Positions 1 through 14,939 of a stretch of DNA of 64,000 bases are shown here, one piece after another. The position numbers and the translations under genes were made by a program. The notes beneath the pieces are model-generated. The model did not search any database and was not told the origin of the DNA. It saw only the letters and a program-made list of their open reading frames with translations. Numbering within the stretch: position 1 is the stretch's first letter; each line of letters opens with the position of its first letter. This DNA comes from Eledone cirrhosa (lineage: Eukaryota), in assembly GCA_964016885.1 (NCBI GenBank), contig OZ024751.1, positions 38,812,001-38,876,000 on the forward strand, in the 5' to 3' direction.

Positions 1-597
1 GATCAAATGAAATTTTCATCATAGATATGATGCTTTGCTTGTGGATAGGGGTTAGTATATGAGCAGGGACATTTTTCAACATGCTCTTTCGTATGAAGTA
101 GATTCCTTTGCTTTATCTAGACCTTCCCGTGTTGTTCTTATGGAGTTTTTTTCTTAAGATTGACAACGTTAATCATAATGACAATGATGGTAATGACAAA
201 AACGAAGGTGTTGTTTGGGCTAGATTTTAACTGATGTCATTTAATTAGTGATTTACGATTATGTTTCCTGTATATGGCTGTGCTTCACTTAATTTATTTT
301 CAATGATAGGATTTCTTAGTTGTTCTGTTTTGTATTTCAATTGAGTTTCTTTTTTTTTATGCCTCTTCGTGTTTGAATAATCCTTTTTGTTTAACCAAGC
401 ATTCATTATTGGTTGCTTATCTTCCGTTTCAAAGACAGCAAAGTATTTATAGAGCTCTGTATCGACAGCAATAAACAAGGGACAAAGAATAGCGAAAGGA
501 AAACAGCAGTTAAAACAGATATATAGATAGACATACACTTATAGGAAGAGAGCGACACGCACAATAAAGAGATGGCGGATATATACGCATACACACA

Positions 598-639
<42 letters not shown>

Positions 640-865
640 CATATATAAATGTGTGTATGTGTGTGTACGTGTGTGTGTATTGGAAGAGGCAGAGAGCGGG
701 GTCTAACTTTAAGAAGGGGTAAAGTGTGAGGGATGTATTAAAATGCAAAAAAAAAAAACAGATAAAGAAGTGGAGTTGGACAGAGACGAAATAGAAGTAA
801 ATATAACTATTTTGCTCGATGTTGGCCCAGGTTTTGTACAGGGAGCCAGAGCATTGTAGCAGTGT

Positions 866-1133
<268 letters not shown>

Positions 1134-1401
1134 AAGTATACTTGTATATATAAAAAATTCGACGGGACGAGGATAGGGAGGGTAAAATATCGAGAGAAAT
1201 TTTGAGAACAAATTTGTAGGTGAAAGAATATAAAAAGCAAGTTAACAGGAAGTATTAAACACGATAATAACAAACACATGACATTAGAAGAGAATAGATG
1301 CTCTTGTTAATACGTCATTGTTAATGGCTGACAAAGAAGTGAGGCGTGCGGATCATTAATAAACAGGAAAGAATGGATAGAATGGTGATGGGGAGAGAAC
1401 A

Positions 1402-1930
1402 TAATAAATAAATAATTGTTTCTACTTTAGGCACAAGGCCAGCAATTATCCCAGTACATTACTGGTACTTTATTTTATCGACCCCGAAAGGATGAAAGGC
1501 AAAGTCAACCTCGGCGGGATTTGAATAAATAATTGTTTCTACTTTAGGCACAAAGCCAGCAATTATCCCAGTACATTACTGGTACTTTATTTTATCGAAC
1601 TCGTAAGGATGAAAGGCAAAGTTAACCTCGGCGGGATTTGAACTCAGAATAGAAAGGGCTGTAACTCTTTGCATCAAAGCATGGCGTCCGACCCTCTACC
1701 GATACTGCCAATCCACCGGGATTTGAATAAATAATTGTTTCTACTTTAGGCACAAGGCCAGCAATTACCCAGTGCATTACTGGTACTTTATTTTATCGAC
1801 CCTGTAAGGATGAAAGGCAAAGTCAACCTCGGCGGGATTTGAACTCAGATCATAAAGGGACGTAACTATGCTGGAAAGCATGGCGTCCGACCCTCTACCG
1901 ATACTGCCAATCCACCATACGGGATTTGAA
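1402..1930 (-). mobile_element. Tandem array of three tRNA-derived SINE units (one partial, two near full length), Nin-domain-like
   Basis: Three near-identical units starting about 1405, 1525 and 1725. The minus strand reads B box GAGTTCAAATCCC, then GCCTTTCATCCTT..GGGTCGATAAAATAAAGTACCAGT, then an (ATT)n-like tail. Confidence 0.85.
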
Positions 1931-1963
1931 TAAATAATGAAAGATGAACAGACACACGCACAG

Positions 1964-1998
<35 letters not shown>

Positions 1999-2071
1999 AA
2001 TACTTAGGTTAATAGGAGTTAGGTATTGTATACCCGTGTCCCATTAAGGTATTGGCAGCATAATAATTAGC

Positions 2072-2483
<412 letters not shown>

Positions 2484-2681
2484 AACGAGTAGGACCCCGA
2501 CGGCTGAGCTCAAGCCGTTTCGACGGCTATTTCGACGGCTAATTCGTCCAGAATTAGCTGTCAAACGGCTTGAGCTCAGCCGTCGGGGTCCTACTCGTTC
2601 CTATTACCCACTCTACTACCCTAAGTATTGAGTACTTTGGTGCGTTATGGTCCACCTGGTTCCTTACCACATTTCCTTCGT

Positions 2682-2682
<1 letters not shown>
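2484..2682 (+). mobile_element. Fold-back PLE-derived element, family 1, copy A
   Basis: Short inverted arm 2484-2545 plus long arm ending TTCCTTCGTT-(AT)n; both ends in TA tracts; homologous to copies at 7424, 21748, 31583, 36381 and 62216. Confidence 0.85.
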
Positions 2683-2716
<34 letters not shown>

Positions 2717-2949
2717 ATATATATATATACAGTGATATGTGCATACATAAAGACACACTTTATATATACATATATATGTACATACATTGTTGCTATTTTG
2801 ATTTACGTAATCAGTTTTCATTCAACTTATATTTCCCTTGTAATTCTGTTGCTTACATTGCACTATGATATATTTTGTTGTGAATCGTACTTGAATTTTC
2901 AAACCATTTTTATTTAACTCCTCAAAACACTTTCTTCGTCTCCGTTAAA

Positions 2950-3600
2950 TTATTCGTCAGGCACACCTTCCTTCTGGTCCTGTTAGACGCAACCATCGCC
3001 AGTTGATTCTGAAGGATTTCTGTGCTAGAGAAGCCGAACTCATTGATGTCATCTAACTGACTTTCATTGGAGCCTATTCCTCTCTTTACTACCGGTTGAT
3101 TTATCCAGCAAAATATGTGCAGTAATACTAACTGGGACATTCCAAGCACATGTCCATAATATCAGAGCTGTGATCTCACAATTACCTAGAGCAAATCCAT
3201 GATCATCAAGTTACATATAACATCTAATGCGAATATTCCACAGATACTTCGCAGAAAGCCCTTGTATTTGCGATCGTATTATTTCGGACATTGAAGATAA
3301 CGTGTTTAACTTTTACACCTGCCTCCTTTTTACTAGTGATCGAATGCTGAACCTGACACAAACTCCACTAGCTCCTACAATTCTTAAACTTATTTCAGCC
3401 CCCTTGCAATCCATCACTTATGAACACATGCCCGAGATACTTGAACATCTTCACATAATTCAGGCAACTCCTCTCACATATAGAGTGCACAGTATAGGCT
3501 CCGTTGAGTGCTCAGTCCTCACGGAACTGATTTTCGTTCCTACCACGTGGCACTCTTCAGGAAACCACTGAAGTGCATGTCGGAGAAAACAGTGACGTGA
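2950..3600 (-). mobile_element. Decayed RTE-clade LINE, 3' part of the reverse transcriptase ORF
   Basis: Minus strand with frameshifts gives GTKISSVRTE...LNYVKMFKYLGHVFISDG...EISLRI...RSQIQ...RSQL*YYGHVLGM, matching the RTE FKYLG / EI..RI / QLRW.GHV.RM motifs. Confidence 0.75.
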
Positions 3601-4079
3601 TCTTCAGTGTTGCTCAGTGATAAAACACACGAACAAGAATCAAAATCCCGACATTCCCATCGTGAGCCGAACGCCCTAACAATTTACAAATGCATCACCC
3701 CAAACATATGAATATTTCAACAGAAAACAAAACCTGTTACAAATATAGATTACTCAGTTTAATTAAGATTTTATCCACAAAATAGATTCATATTTTGCTC
3801 TTTTCGTAGCAAAACTGGTAACAAAATCGGTTAAAATTAACCTCATTCCTTTATCTCTAGCAGCCAATTCTATAATTGCCTTTCAGGTCAAACATCGTTA
3901 CTAGCCAATCCCTTGTACAGATAGATTCACAGCTACAATAAAATATACTTTACACTAAAATTTGAAAAAATTGTTTCTCTCATTTCCACAATTAAATATA
4001 CGACCCCCCCCCCCCCATATACACACATATACAGCCCCCCACATATATATATAGATATATATATAGAGAGATAGAGAAT

Positions 4080-4111
<32 letters not shown>

Positions 4112-4279
4112 GACACACACACATATATATATATAATTGTTATTTCGGACTAGCAGTTGATTGCGCTTAACTAACGCCAGAGACACGAAAACTTTAAGCA
4201 TGACAAAATAATACATTACATACGTATATAGATAGATAGACACATATATTGTGGACATCTGTGGGCTTACGTCTGTGTA

Positions 4280-4347
<68 letters not shown>

Positions 4348-4455
4348 CGTGTGTGTGCGTGTGTGTCAGTTTGTGTGTGTATGTATATCTGTGTGTGTCT
4401 GAGTGTATGTGTGTGTGCGTGTAGGTTTATATATAGATATAACGTCTAACTATTA

Positions 4456-4760
4456 GTTCCTGCAGTGGCAGCTGAAGATGGCGGACGTGGAAGAAGAAGA
4501 TTTTAAATAATATATAGGCTAACATCAATGTCGCCTGCTGAAGCAGAGAGCATAATTGATGCAATAACTGGATAGTAAATTACACCAAAATATAGAGGCG
4601 CCAAAATCATCAATATCTAAATGCACAATTAAATTCATTTCCAAAGAAATCCATTATTGAAGTGCAAATATCCAAATTGATGCTAGGGAGCACCCTAATA
4701 TAAATGTATAGATTGAATCGTTAAGTGATGTTGATAGATGTTGAAGAAACCTTACTGTAG
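4456..4760 (+). pseudogene. Possible decayed processed pseudogene (retrocopy) of an unidentified host gene
   Basis: AAGATGGCGG start context (ATG 4478), then coding-like fragments MADVEEEDFK*, MSPAEAESIIDAITG*, KLHQNIEAPKSSISKC, broken by stops and frameshifts. Confidence 0.3.
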
Positions 4761-4909
4761 TGTGTGTGGAGGGAGGGGGGAGTTGAACCATTGGAAAGTG
4801 TCCGGAAGTTAGAAAATTGTATCGGCCTCAAAAGAACTCGCCCGCTTTCACACATTTCACAAACTTACACTTATGCACAACTATATATGCACTCGTTTAT
4901 AAACCATGA

Positions 4910-4943
<34 letters not shown>

Positions 4944-5070
4944 CTGTGTGTGTGTGGGGGGGGTGTATGTGTGTGTGGGTGTGGGTGTGTATGTATGCGT
5001 GTATGTATATGTATACATATACACATTCATCCATACATCCGTATATACATACATAGAGAAGAGGGGAATG

Positions 5071-5152
<82 letters not shown>

Positions 5153-7090
5153 GTATGTATGTATATACGTACATATCTATCTCTCTGTTTCGCTCCACAC
5201 TCATTATATATATTCACACATCCATACATATATAAAAGAAAGAAGCGAGAAATATATTCATACGTATACACATTAATATGTACATATGTATATTCACACA
5301 TACATTGGCAAAATCATTAGGCCATCGCATGGCGTGCTTTCGATATGTTGATGTCACTCCACGCGTTGTGTTTAAATCCCAATGTGTTCAACTTTATGTT
5401 CCTTCTTACTGTCATGATTATTTGCAGAAATAGCCCCTTCTTTTTCCATTCTGAGTTTTAATTTCTCACCATACAGTTCAGCACCAATCGATTGTTTAAT
5501 GCAAGTTGCTGGCATTGAGGTCAATATGAAATAAAAGGTACCTCTTATAAACATCAGTGACATCGGCCAACACATGTTTCAGACAAGATACTCTGGCTTG
5601 GGCATTGATATTTTCGTTCTTGTTTCTCTCATGTTGTGTGGTCGCATAAATTATCTGGGAGGTTTTCTTCGATATTTTAATGTTGTATTTTTATGAATGG
5701 TATTTCAGGATTGATAATACATATGCCTATGTTATAATAATAGTATTTTGATAATAGAATGCTAAAGTAATCACACACCAGTTTACAAGTGTACAGATTC
5801 TGCTGATTATTTGTGAGTGAGGTTAGATAAAATATTTCAGAATCTCTATCGGTAACTTATCGATTGCATATGAAAGAAAGTGAACAATTTTTGGGGGCCT
5901 TTCTTTCCACATAGTGATGTCACCATTCCCTCAACTTACATCCATCGTCAGTACCAAAGTATCTATCCAGTAGATTAATCTACATGACATTTAATTATTA
6001 TATAAATTTAGAGGTGTATATATTATCCCTTCGAAAGCATAAGAACATATTAGAAATATTTAAATTGTTTGCTTATAATATTGTTTTCATATCTACGTAA
6101 GTAGATGGCATATACATTTATTATTTAGTGTATCTCTGATCAGGTCAGTCTTCTGTCTGCTACTAGTACCAGGAAACTCAGTAGAACTTGCGTCATGGTC
6201 CGGTGGTCAGCGTCTAAACAGTCTCCCCCTCCAGAATCTGGTTTGTTGAGGTGGGTAAGTAGAATCACCTGAGTTCAAAATATACAAGAGATGTTAAATG
6301 GAGGAAGATGAATTCCTGAGTCAATCGCCATTTGTCTTACATTATATCGAGGTCGGAAAAAGTGTCATTCCGACAATTTAGTCCTTTCTTTCTACATTTC
6401 TATTTCTTACTTCATCTCCTACCAAGCTCTTACTCATTCTCTAGAAGACATCCGTATACAGATCTGGAGAGGAAATAGACTCCATCAGGCTTAAAGTGTG
6501 GTCTGTGTCACTAGGAATCCATCATATCTTACAATCTACACATGCATGCAATTGTAAATAATACGTTAAGAAAAGTCCACAGTAATCTAGATTTGAAATA
6601 ATAATTACATTTACACACATTCACTGTGTAATTCTGTTGTCTTTCTCATTAGTAATGGAAAACAAACATTTTGATGTAACGTATAGCAAATGAGGTTTTG
6701 CATTGCAGCTTTTGTTAACCTACGATTGCTTTTGTTAACCTACATTGTATACAAAGTTCAGCAAATGTTATATGATTTATCACATACAATAATGATGGGG
6801 AGAAATCTCAATTCACCAACGAAACAATTTCTACGGCAGTAGATCTTGCATAAGAATTAGCCAAAGTTCTCTTGGGATAATATCATTAGCAAAAACATAT
6901 ATACAAGATTCATATCGTCTGAAGCACTGCAATATATTTGCAGTAATGAGGTATCACATTTGTCAGTGCTTCCTATTAGTATCACAGGCTAACGTAGTTT
7001 CTATATCCAGAAAAATCTGTTACATAACAGATTCCTTATCTAGCTACAAGTTCCATTTCTTTTACTCTTTACACAGGATCTATGCAAATG

Positions 7091-7140
<50 letters not shown>

Positions 7141-7349
7141 TACAGAGTCATGCGCACGTACATACACACAGTCACACACACACACGCACACATATATATA
7201 TATATATATATATACATAGATATACATATACATATACATATATACATATACATACATATATATATACATATATACATATACATATATATACATATATATA
7301 TATACACTTGCACACACACATACACACACACACACACATATACACACAC

Positions 7350-7423
<74 letters not shown>

Positions 7424-7425
<2 letters not shown>

Positions 7426-7532
7426 CGAAGGAAATGTGGTAAGGAACCAGGTGGACCATAACGCACCAAAGTACTCAATACCCAGAATTAGCCGTCGAAA
7501 CGGCTTGAGCTCAGCCGTCGGGGTCTTACTGG

Positions 7533-7535
<3 letters not shown>
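7424..7535 (-). mobile_element. Fold-back PLE-derived element, family 1, copy B (internally deleted)
   Basis: Distal long arm (AACGAAGG...CAATAC) is fused to the short arm (CCAGAATTAGCCGTCGAAAC...GGTTC); TA tracts on both sides. Confidence 0.85.
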
Positions 7536-7592
<57 letters not shown>

Positions 7593-8793
7593 CGTTACAT
7601 TCTCTACGGATATTATTGACAATACCGTTATAGAGATCTATTATATATACAACATATTAAAACGTGTTTCAGTACCGACTGGTGGGTGGCCGCACTAGCA
7701 GGCTTCCAGCCACAAACTATAAACAAAGGTTTTTCTAAATTTATGGAAGGTTGGAATTGCTAGAATTATTTAACGGTCGTTTCCTCAATAGTTGTTCTGC
7801 AAAGTATTACCTACACTCCTATTTTGATTTTAACATAATCGATGAACCTACGACAAGTTTAACCTTCAAAGAGTCTCCTTCTATAATTCCCACCTACTTC
7901 ATACGTTCGTCTATATTTTGATATGGACTGTCAGTGAAAGTGGTTTTCACCTCCATCTCACTGAATCTGATATACGAAGTAATATATACAATAGTATGTT
8001 GTTGAAAAATGAGTTACTCAATGGCAATGACCCCGTGGTAGATTTAGAAATTTTATTTTGTGGAACATTATACATATTTATTTATTTATACTCGCTTTTA
8101 GTTTAAACCAACGATCATATATTTCAATAAAAATATAATAGATATTAATTATTATTTATATGTTCCACTTCTGCATATTTTATGTAGGATTATTAATGAT
8201 ATATGCTTTGCTGTATATTAAACATGGTTATTTATTTTCGCCATTTTCGTACATAAAAGATTAAACGCTAGATCAGCAAATATGTAGAATTTACGATTTC
8301 TGTAAACATTTTTGTTAAAAATATATATAAAGAAACTTGAATATGTATAAAGATTTTGGTGTAATAAAATGCATATTTAGTTTGACATCATTTCATAAAT
8401 ATATTCAAAATATTACTACGTTCTTCAACTATCGATTCATATCTTAGTTGCCGTAATGCTCGGTCAGTGTCTGTTGTATGTCTACTAGAAAGATTAGAGA
8501 TAGACAATAGACATCAAATGAATGCGATGCTACGCTTCTATCTAAAGGACGGCGTCTTCAATCGGCAATCATTTTCTCGCAAGGGAACAAATAAAAGATA
8601 CAGACAAGACAGCTGTACGTTATCTAAATACATCATCTTCTTTCCATTGTATTTGAGATAATATAAACAAGAATACATTGTATAATATTTCTACAGTATT
8701 TGTGTAGGTAAATGACTGTGTTATTTTATAGAAATCTCATCAAATGAAGACCATCTTGTTAGAAACATTCCTTGCTTTTTCTATAAAACAATG

Positions 8794-8856
<63 letters not shown>

Positions 8857-9009
8857 GGGGGAAGAGAGAGACTGAGTGAGTGTGTGTAAGAGAGAGTGCG
8901 AGAGAAAGGGAGAGAGAGAGAAATAGATAGAAATAGATATATAGACGATAAAATATTCTGTACTTCGTTGATATAAGATTCGACCTAAAATATATAATTT
9001 CCCGTTTTA

Positions 9010-9223
9010 ATGAATTGGCTGAATTGGTAGAGCGTCGCACAACATGCTTAGCAGCATAGAGTTACGTCCCTTTCCATTCTGAGTTAAAACTCCGCCGACG
9101 TTAGCTTTTCCTTTCATCAGTAAGAGGCCGATAGAATAAAGAACCAGTAATGCACTGGGGTCGATTTAATCGACTTACAATACATAATTTTTGGCCTTGT
9201 GCCTATTTCGGAAACCATTATTA
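9010..9223 (+). mobile_element. Nin-domain-like tRNA SINE
   Basis: A box TGGCTGAATTGG, degenerate B box GAGTTAAAACTCC, CCTTTCATC...GATAGAATAAAGAACCAGT core, GGCCTTGTGCC...(ATT)n tail. Confidence 0.8.
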
Positions 9224-9225
9224 TA

Positions 9226-9401
9226 GGGCGGTGGATTGGCAGTATCGGATTGCAGCATAGAGTTACGTCCCTTTACAGTTTGAGTTCAAATCCCGCCCAG
9301 GTTCACTTTGCCTTTCATCCTTACGGGGTCGATAAAATAAAGTACCAGTAATACACTGAGATAATTGCTGGCCTTGTTCCAAAAGTAGAAACCATTATTA
9401 C
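9226..9401 (+). mobile_element. Nin-domain-like tRNA SINE, same subfamily as 1402-1930
   Basis: TGGCAGTATCGG, GAGTTCAAATCCC, GCCTTTCATCCTTACGGGGTCGATAAAATAAAGTACCAGT; directly downstream of the previous SINE. Confidence 0.85.
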
Positions 9402-11330
9402 TGAAAATAAAAATAAATCATTATATGTGAACAAAACGAATGAGTCACTGAAGCACATTACATGTCCCGTTGTGAATTGCTTTCTGTAAAACCAGTTTGA
9501 AAAGATGCCGGACTTTCTGGAATGTAATATGCATTAGAATCATAACAATATTGGGCGTTCCATTTAAATCTGTTATTATGCTGTTTTCACTAAAATAAAT
9601 CATTTAACCTAGGAACGGAATAATTATATTTGGTATTCAGAATCAGCATATTATTCATTAGTGTTTTGAGACTATTGTAATGATCGTATGTAACTTAGAA
9701 CTAGACAGGAAACATAGTCTCGCGAGAGACAAGCCCTTTAAAATTCAGTCTACCGTCATATTAGAATGTGGAAAACGAAAATAATCAAAAAAATACTAAC
9801 ACAGCAAAAACATATTCTAAATAGATTCATTGTGAATAAGGAATAGAAAACCAGATAAATGTTTTATTTCACCAGTAAAGAATATAGTACGATATCAAAC
9901 CAGATTCACACAAAAAAATCGATTCCGTTTTATGGATGTTAGAGTAAGTTAACTAGTAATGCGTGCATAATAGAATGGAGGTCATGTGATTTACTTAACT
10001 TCGTAATTGGCTTTTACCTTCAATTATACTTCTAATTTCAAGTTTGAAATGGATCTTTATCATGTTACACATTATGGTCTATTGCGTCTGAGAACAATGC
10101 CACTAACTCGCTTACATATGTTAATGCCAGATACGTTTTAGAAAAAAACATTAGTCCTGTAGTATATTTATTATTTTATTTCAAAGTCTAGTTGATTGTC
10201 TCACTATTTCTGAACACTAGTTCGTTGTTTGGCATAGAATAATATCCATTTCAGTTTCTAAAACATTAGTGAATGACGGAATATATTTCTATTTTATTGT
10301 TGACTTTAATCAACGTGACTGTAGTATTTATCACACTGCTAAGAAATATATTCTTTCTGCTTACTCCATGAAATACTTTCCTGTGTGTGTGGCAAACTTC
10401 ATCTGACGTTTGGTTTGTAACTGAATATTATTCCAACCAACGTTGTAGTTTGAGCTCCTAGAAATATGAACCATATTAAAATCACTTCCTACCAACTATA
10501 ATAAAGCAAGGGCCCAAATGGTAATGTACCTCCCGCATTCCCACACAGGAAACGATGCCACAAATTCCATTTTATCATAGGTCAAGTCAGCCAGGGTTGA
10601 ACTGCACTCAAGAAATAACAACCAACGAAGATCAAATGTCTATAGCACATTGTTTAAAAACGACTTCCAACCACGTCAAAAAACACAGCATTAATAAACA
10701 ATTGTTTCTACAGTAGTGTCTCATAATAGTTTAGCAAATGTTAGGAGCAGTTCTTAACACATTATAATTTAATACGATTATTTATTTTATTTACTTTCTA
10801 AACTAAATCATTATAAAAATGTAACAAAAAACATGTAATTGATGCTTCGAGAAAAAAGGATATGTTTTAAAGAATGCATGTTTCAAAATCAATATATGTC
10901 AAGACAGACTTATAAACTAAGGCCACGTTTATAGACACAACATTTAAAAGCCGAATTTTGGTAGCTTTCTTGTATATATAATGAATAAATAATCACAATT
11001 TGAGCTTTTGATTAAGTGAAAATCGAACTGACCCTGTCTAGAATGTTAGAAAAAAATTAGACTCTCTCTGTTAGAAAGAAATTTAGTCTAGTTCGATGAA
11101 TTAGATTTGTTTTAGATTAAAAAGAAACCAGTATTGAAATTTTTTTTAATCACCCTTGCTCTTGAAATGTTATTTATTTTAAAAATTATACCTGGTTTAA
11201 AACAAAGTTGGTTGAAAATGTTTCAAAATATCTAACCACTGTTTTTTTTATCCCACATCAACTATGGTTCAGCAGATTAATATTCATCACCTTTCTAACG
11301 CATAAACACACATACATACGCAAACCCACG

Positions 11331-11368
<38 letters not shown>

Positions 11369-12331
11369 TATATATGTGTGTGTGTGTGTGAATGTTCAAT
11401 TCTTTTTATATCTTTATTGAGTGAATTTGGGTGTAAATAAATGACGTTGAAAACTAACCTAATACAATGTTGCCTCTCACTCAAATCTACTCAGCAGGAA
11501 TTAAAACCTTCTTGTATTTTAGTGGATAGAAATTTAGATGAAGCAATTAAAGTAATTCAATTTTTTTATGAAATTATAGAGAAAATTGAAATGAAACAAA
11601 TCAATAATTGTAATGAGCATTGAATAGAAAAATAAAAGAAAATATGCATTGCAGGTAAATATATTTTTAGTTTTTTTTTTATAATTAGTCAGGTTTATGA
11701 AGATAGAAATTTTAACGAGAACATTAATGAAGTCATTTAATTGGTAGCCAGCGTACAGGTATTTGGAAATGAGACAGCAAGTTTGGGTGATCCGCATATT
11801 ATAGCTCCTTTAATGTTTTAAAACGTCAACAATATCCAACCCAAATATTCACAGAGTGCGACAGTTTATTTCCACATTAAAATTAGAAAAAGGATAACGT
11901 TAGGATAAAGAGTCTTGTAAATGATATTATTGATAATAAAATGTAACTATGTGGTATAGGATCATTGCAACTTTTTAATATAAGATCGAGTCCACATTTG
12001 AATTGCAATTAATGGTAGATCAGAAATATATGTATATGAACAAAATAGTTGTGATTTCGTCACTGTCCAAAGATTAGGAAAAACGAAACTATGATTAAAC
12101 CAATTTGAGATTTTCGTATTTCTATAAATCTACTCACATTCGCAAACACTTTCTGTCTGCCTTTCTATCGATATATATATAAGATCCCGTTATGGGTGAA
12201 AGCAGCAATTCTTTGCTTAAACCGTAATCTGTTATTTTAATAAATATTGGCTCTATGTTTTTTTTATATATTTTTATATACACATTATCCTTGTCGAGCC
12301 CCCGGATTTTAGTCTTCACATTTATTATTAT

Positions 12332-12372
<41 letters not shown>

Positions 12373-12547
12373 TACATATGTATTCGTATAAATATATTTA
12401 TATATACGTGCGTATGTGTGTCTATATAAATAATTAGTATATTATTAGGTAAAAAAATATATCAAATTTACAAAATGAAATATAACATCACAATCTACTT
12501 TATTTTCTTGCCATCTCTATTGTTTCATAAATACGAGTTCACACAGA

Positions 12548-12592
<45 letters not shown>

Positions 12593-12929
12593 TACAGACA
12601 TACCTACATAGAAACATATATACAAACACATCTTCAACTGTTTTATTATTTCATTGAGTGATATTAGATGTAAATAAATGAGTCACTTCACTTCATCACA
12701 TTTTTTCTTTTGTATATTTCTCTATATCATTTTAGATAGACTTTGTTCTTATATTTTTTCATTCAATCTTCACTGTTTTCATTGTTCCTTGTGGGGTGTT
12801 TTATCAATACTTCTATAGTGTATTTGTTGTTCTTTTCTTTCGTACGCAACGTTTTGATAACAATATTATGATATATTGTTCCCAAAACATATATTGTTTT
12901 TTGTTCTCTTTTTTCTTATCATAGTAGGC

Positions 12930-13290
12930 TCAGAGTTAAGTGTGTGTTTGCGTTGGTTACTTCATATCCACGTGGATCTGCAAAGGCCACCCTTCTGTAA
13001 GAAGTGGCTATAGAGTTTGCAGCTAGAAAGTTCCTCTCTGCAGCTCACATTAGAATAACATTTTTTTCTTGTGAAAAACAATCATTCCACCATGCATCTC
13101 ACACTCTTCTCTCTGCATCACAGATGTTGTCCAAGACAAAGGCAAAGACCAATACAGCTTGACACCAGTGATGTCGGTACTCATTTATTCAGCTACATAA
13201 ACGGGAGAAACGTGAAATAAAGTGTCTTGCTCAACAACACAACACACCACCAGGCCGGGGAGTTGAAATCCGAACCACAAACTTCTATGT
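12930..13290 (-). mobile_element. Second tRNA-SINE family, decayed
   Basis: Minus strand has a degenerate B box followed by GTGTTGTGTTGTTGAGCAAGACACTTTATTTCAC, a typical SINE central domain; boundaries approximate. Confidence 0.6.
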
Positions 13291-13307
13291 CCACATACAC
13301 ACCCACT

Positions 13308-13349
<42 letters not shown>

Positions 13350-13584
13350 GCATATATCAGATTAGATCCACATGATACGAGAGCTCAGCTGCTTACCAAG
13401 TGGGTTGTACGTGTACCACTTCGGATTGAGCCGAGGAAGCAATGTTTTCATTGGTATTTCTATTTCTGACATTATCTACCGGTCCCAAGTTGAAGTAAAT
13501 TGTATTTTTCAAGGACATTTCGTATCGCCTGGTCTGATAATCAATCTATCAGCACCACGATTACAACTGGTAAGATAAATAATA

Positions 13585-13710
13585 AGAAATTGTATTAGTA
13601 CTGTTTCTAATGCAAGCTAAATTCTAGCGTTATTTTCGGGCTGGGTACAGGAAGGATCAATTTTATTGATCCCAGTTATTTGCTGACATGGATTCAACTG
13701 AATTTGAATA
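13585..13710 (-). mobile_element. Highly decayed Nin-like SINE fragment
   Basis: TGTTTCTAA...ATTGATCCCAGT...GAATTTGAA resembles the 1402-1930 units. Confidence 0.4.
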
Positions 13711-14939
13711 AAAAAAAAAGTAAAATAGCCGGAAAAATACCGCAAATGTTTCCTCCGACTTTCTAGGAAATTGTATTACTAATATATGTATTTCATTTTA
13801 TCTCTTATCAATTTGAATTCGTTCTTTCTAATCTACTGACTGTGTGATTTATAAGATAGAAAGCTTGTATTTAATAAGTTACCTATTATAGTAGATTGAG
13901 TATATATATATGTGTAAAGGTAACCGAAATATTGAACACATCTTGTTAGTGATACGTGTATATTTTCTATTGCTAATCAATTATAAATCCTCCTTTCTAA
14001 TCTACCAATTATGCAATTTGTAGGACGACAAATATTTATTTAACGACCTCATTATTATATCAATATAGTGGGAATATTAATATATTACAAGATTATGTAC
14101 AGTTGATTTGGTATATTACAAAACAAAATTGCAATTCCTATTAATAATCTGTATATTTTCTATTTGATCGCCTGTCGGCGTGAATTCCTGTGTGGCTGGT
14201 GCCATTAATATAGTAATTCCTTTAGTCCAACGAGAGAAGCACGATATACTGCTTAGGTTGGACAATATTACATAAATGGGATTGCGATAGTTAATGTTCA
14301 GAAATGATTAGTAATATAAAACATATGCAACATATATTCCATCCATTAGTTATAATCTATACGGCTTTATTCATAGTATGCTTAATTCACATTTCTGTCG
14401 AACCACATTACGACAGACTTCTCATATATATGAGGTCAAATAATATATAAATATATTTGTTACGGTTTGCTTCTTGTTTTGCAGCGAATAGAAGCCATAG
14501 GGGATAGTCAAACCCTACTGATTTTAGCATATTCCATTAAGTAGAGTAAGATTTATGCTGGTATTTTTCTACATATCTCTTCGCTGTATATACATCTGTT
14601 TCGGACACATTTTATTCAATTCTGAATGAAAAACCTATTTATAATCATAAGAGTATGTCAGCATAAATCAATATGCGTTTGAACTATAAATGAATCGTGT
14701 GAATGTGGCAACAAAATAGTCAAATGTTCCCCAGATCCAATCTTTATACGTTAAAAACAGAACATATTGGTTAATGTAGTTCTAAATATATTTTACTCTG
14801 ATATGAATAAAATATTTGTTGGTCATGGCAAGAAGTTATTTGTCCATGCTATATCTATGTTAAAGATAACACGGGAATAAATATAAAAAAAGATGAGTTA
14901 TAGTAATTGAGGTGATTCATTTTCAAACGAACGATTTCA

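Noticed and set aside
1402-1930. CRISPR-like regular repeats (also 15744-15965 and 58534-58650)
   Set aside because: Eukaryotic context, no unique spacers, no cas genes; explained as SINE or tandem duplications.
2554-2917. Recurring peptides [18 protein letters not shown] / [11 protein letters not shown] in several ORFs
   Set aside because: Incidental translation of the non-coding family 1 repeat fused to TA tracts.
3227-3571. 114-aa plus-strand ORF
   Set aside because: Antisense shadow of the minus-strand RTE relic.
5372-5575. 67-aa minus-strand ORF of ordinary composition
   Set aside because: No recognisable domain or splice context; possibly an old TE remnant.
7680-8040. Possible CR1 3' relic on the minus strand
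   Set aside because: Motif similarity is too faint to support by eye.
9226-9300. tRNA gene candidates at A/B-box pairs
   Set aside because: No cloverleaf; they continue into SINE bodies.
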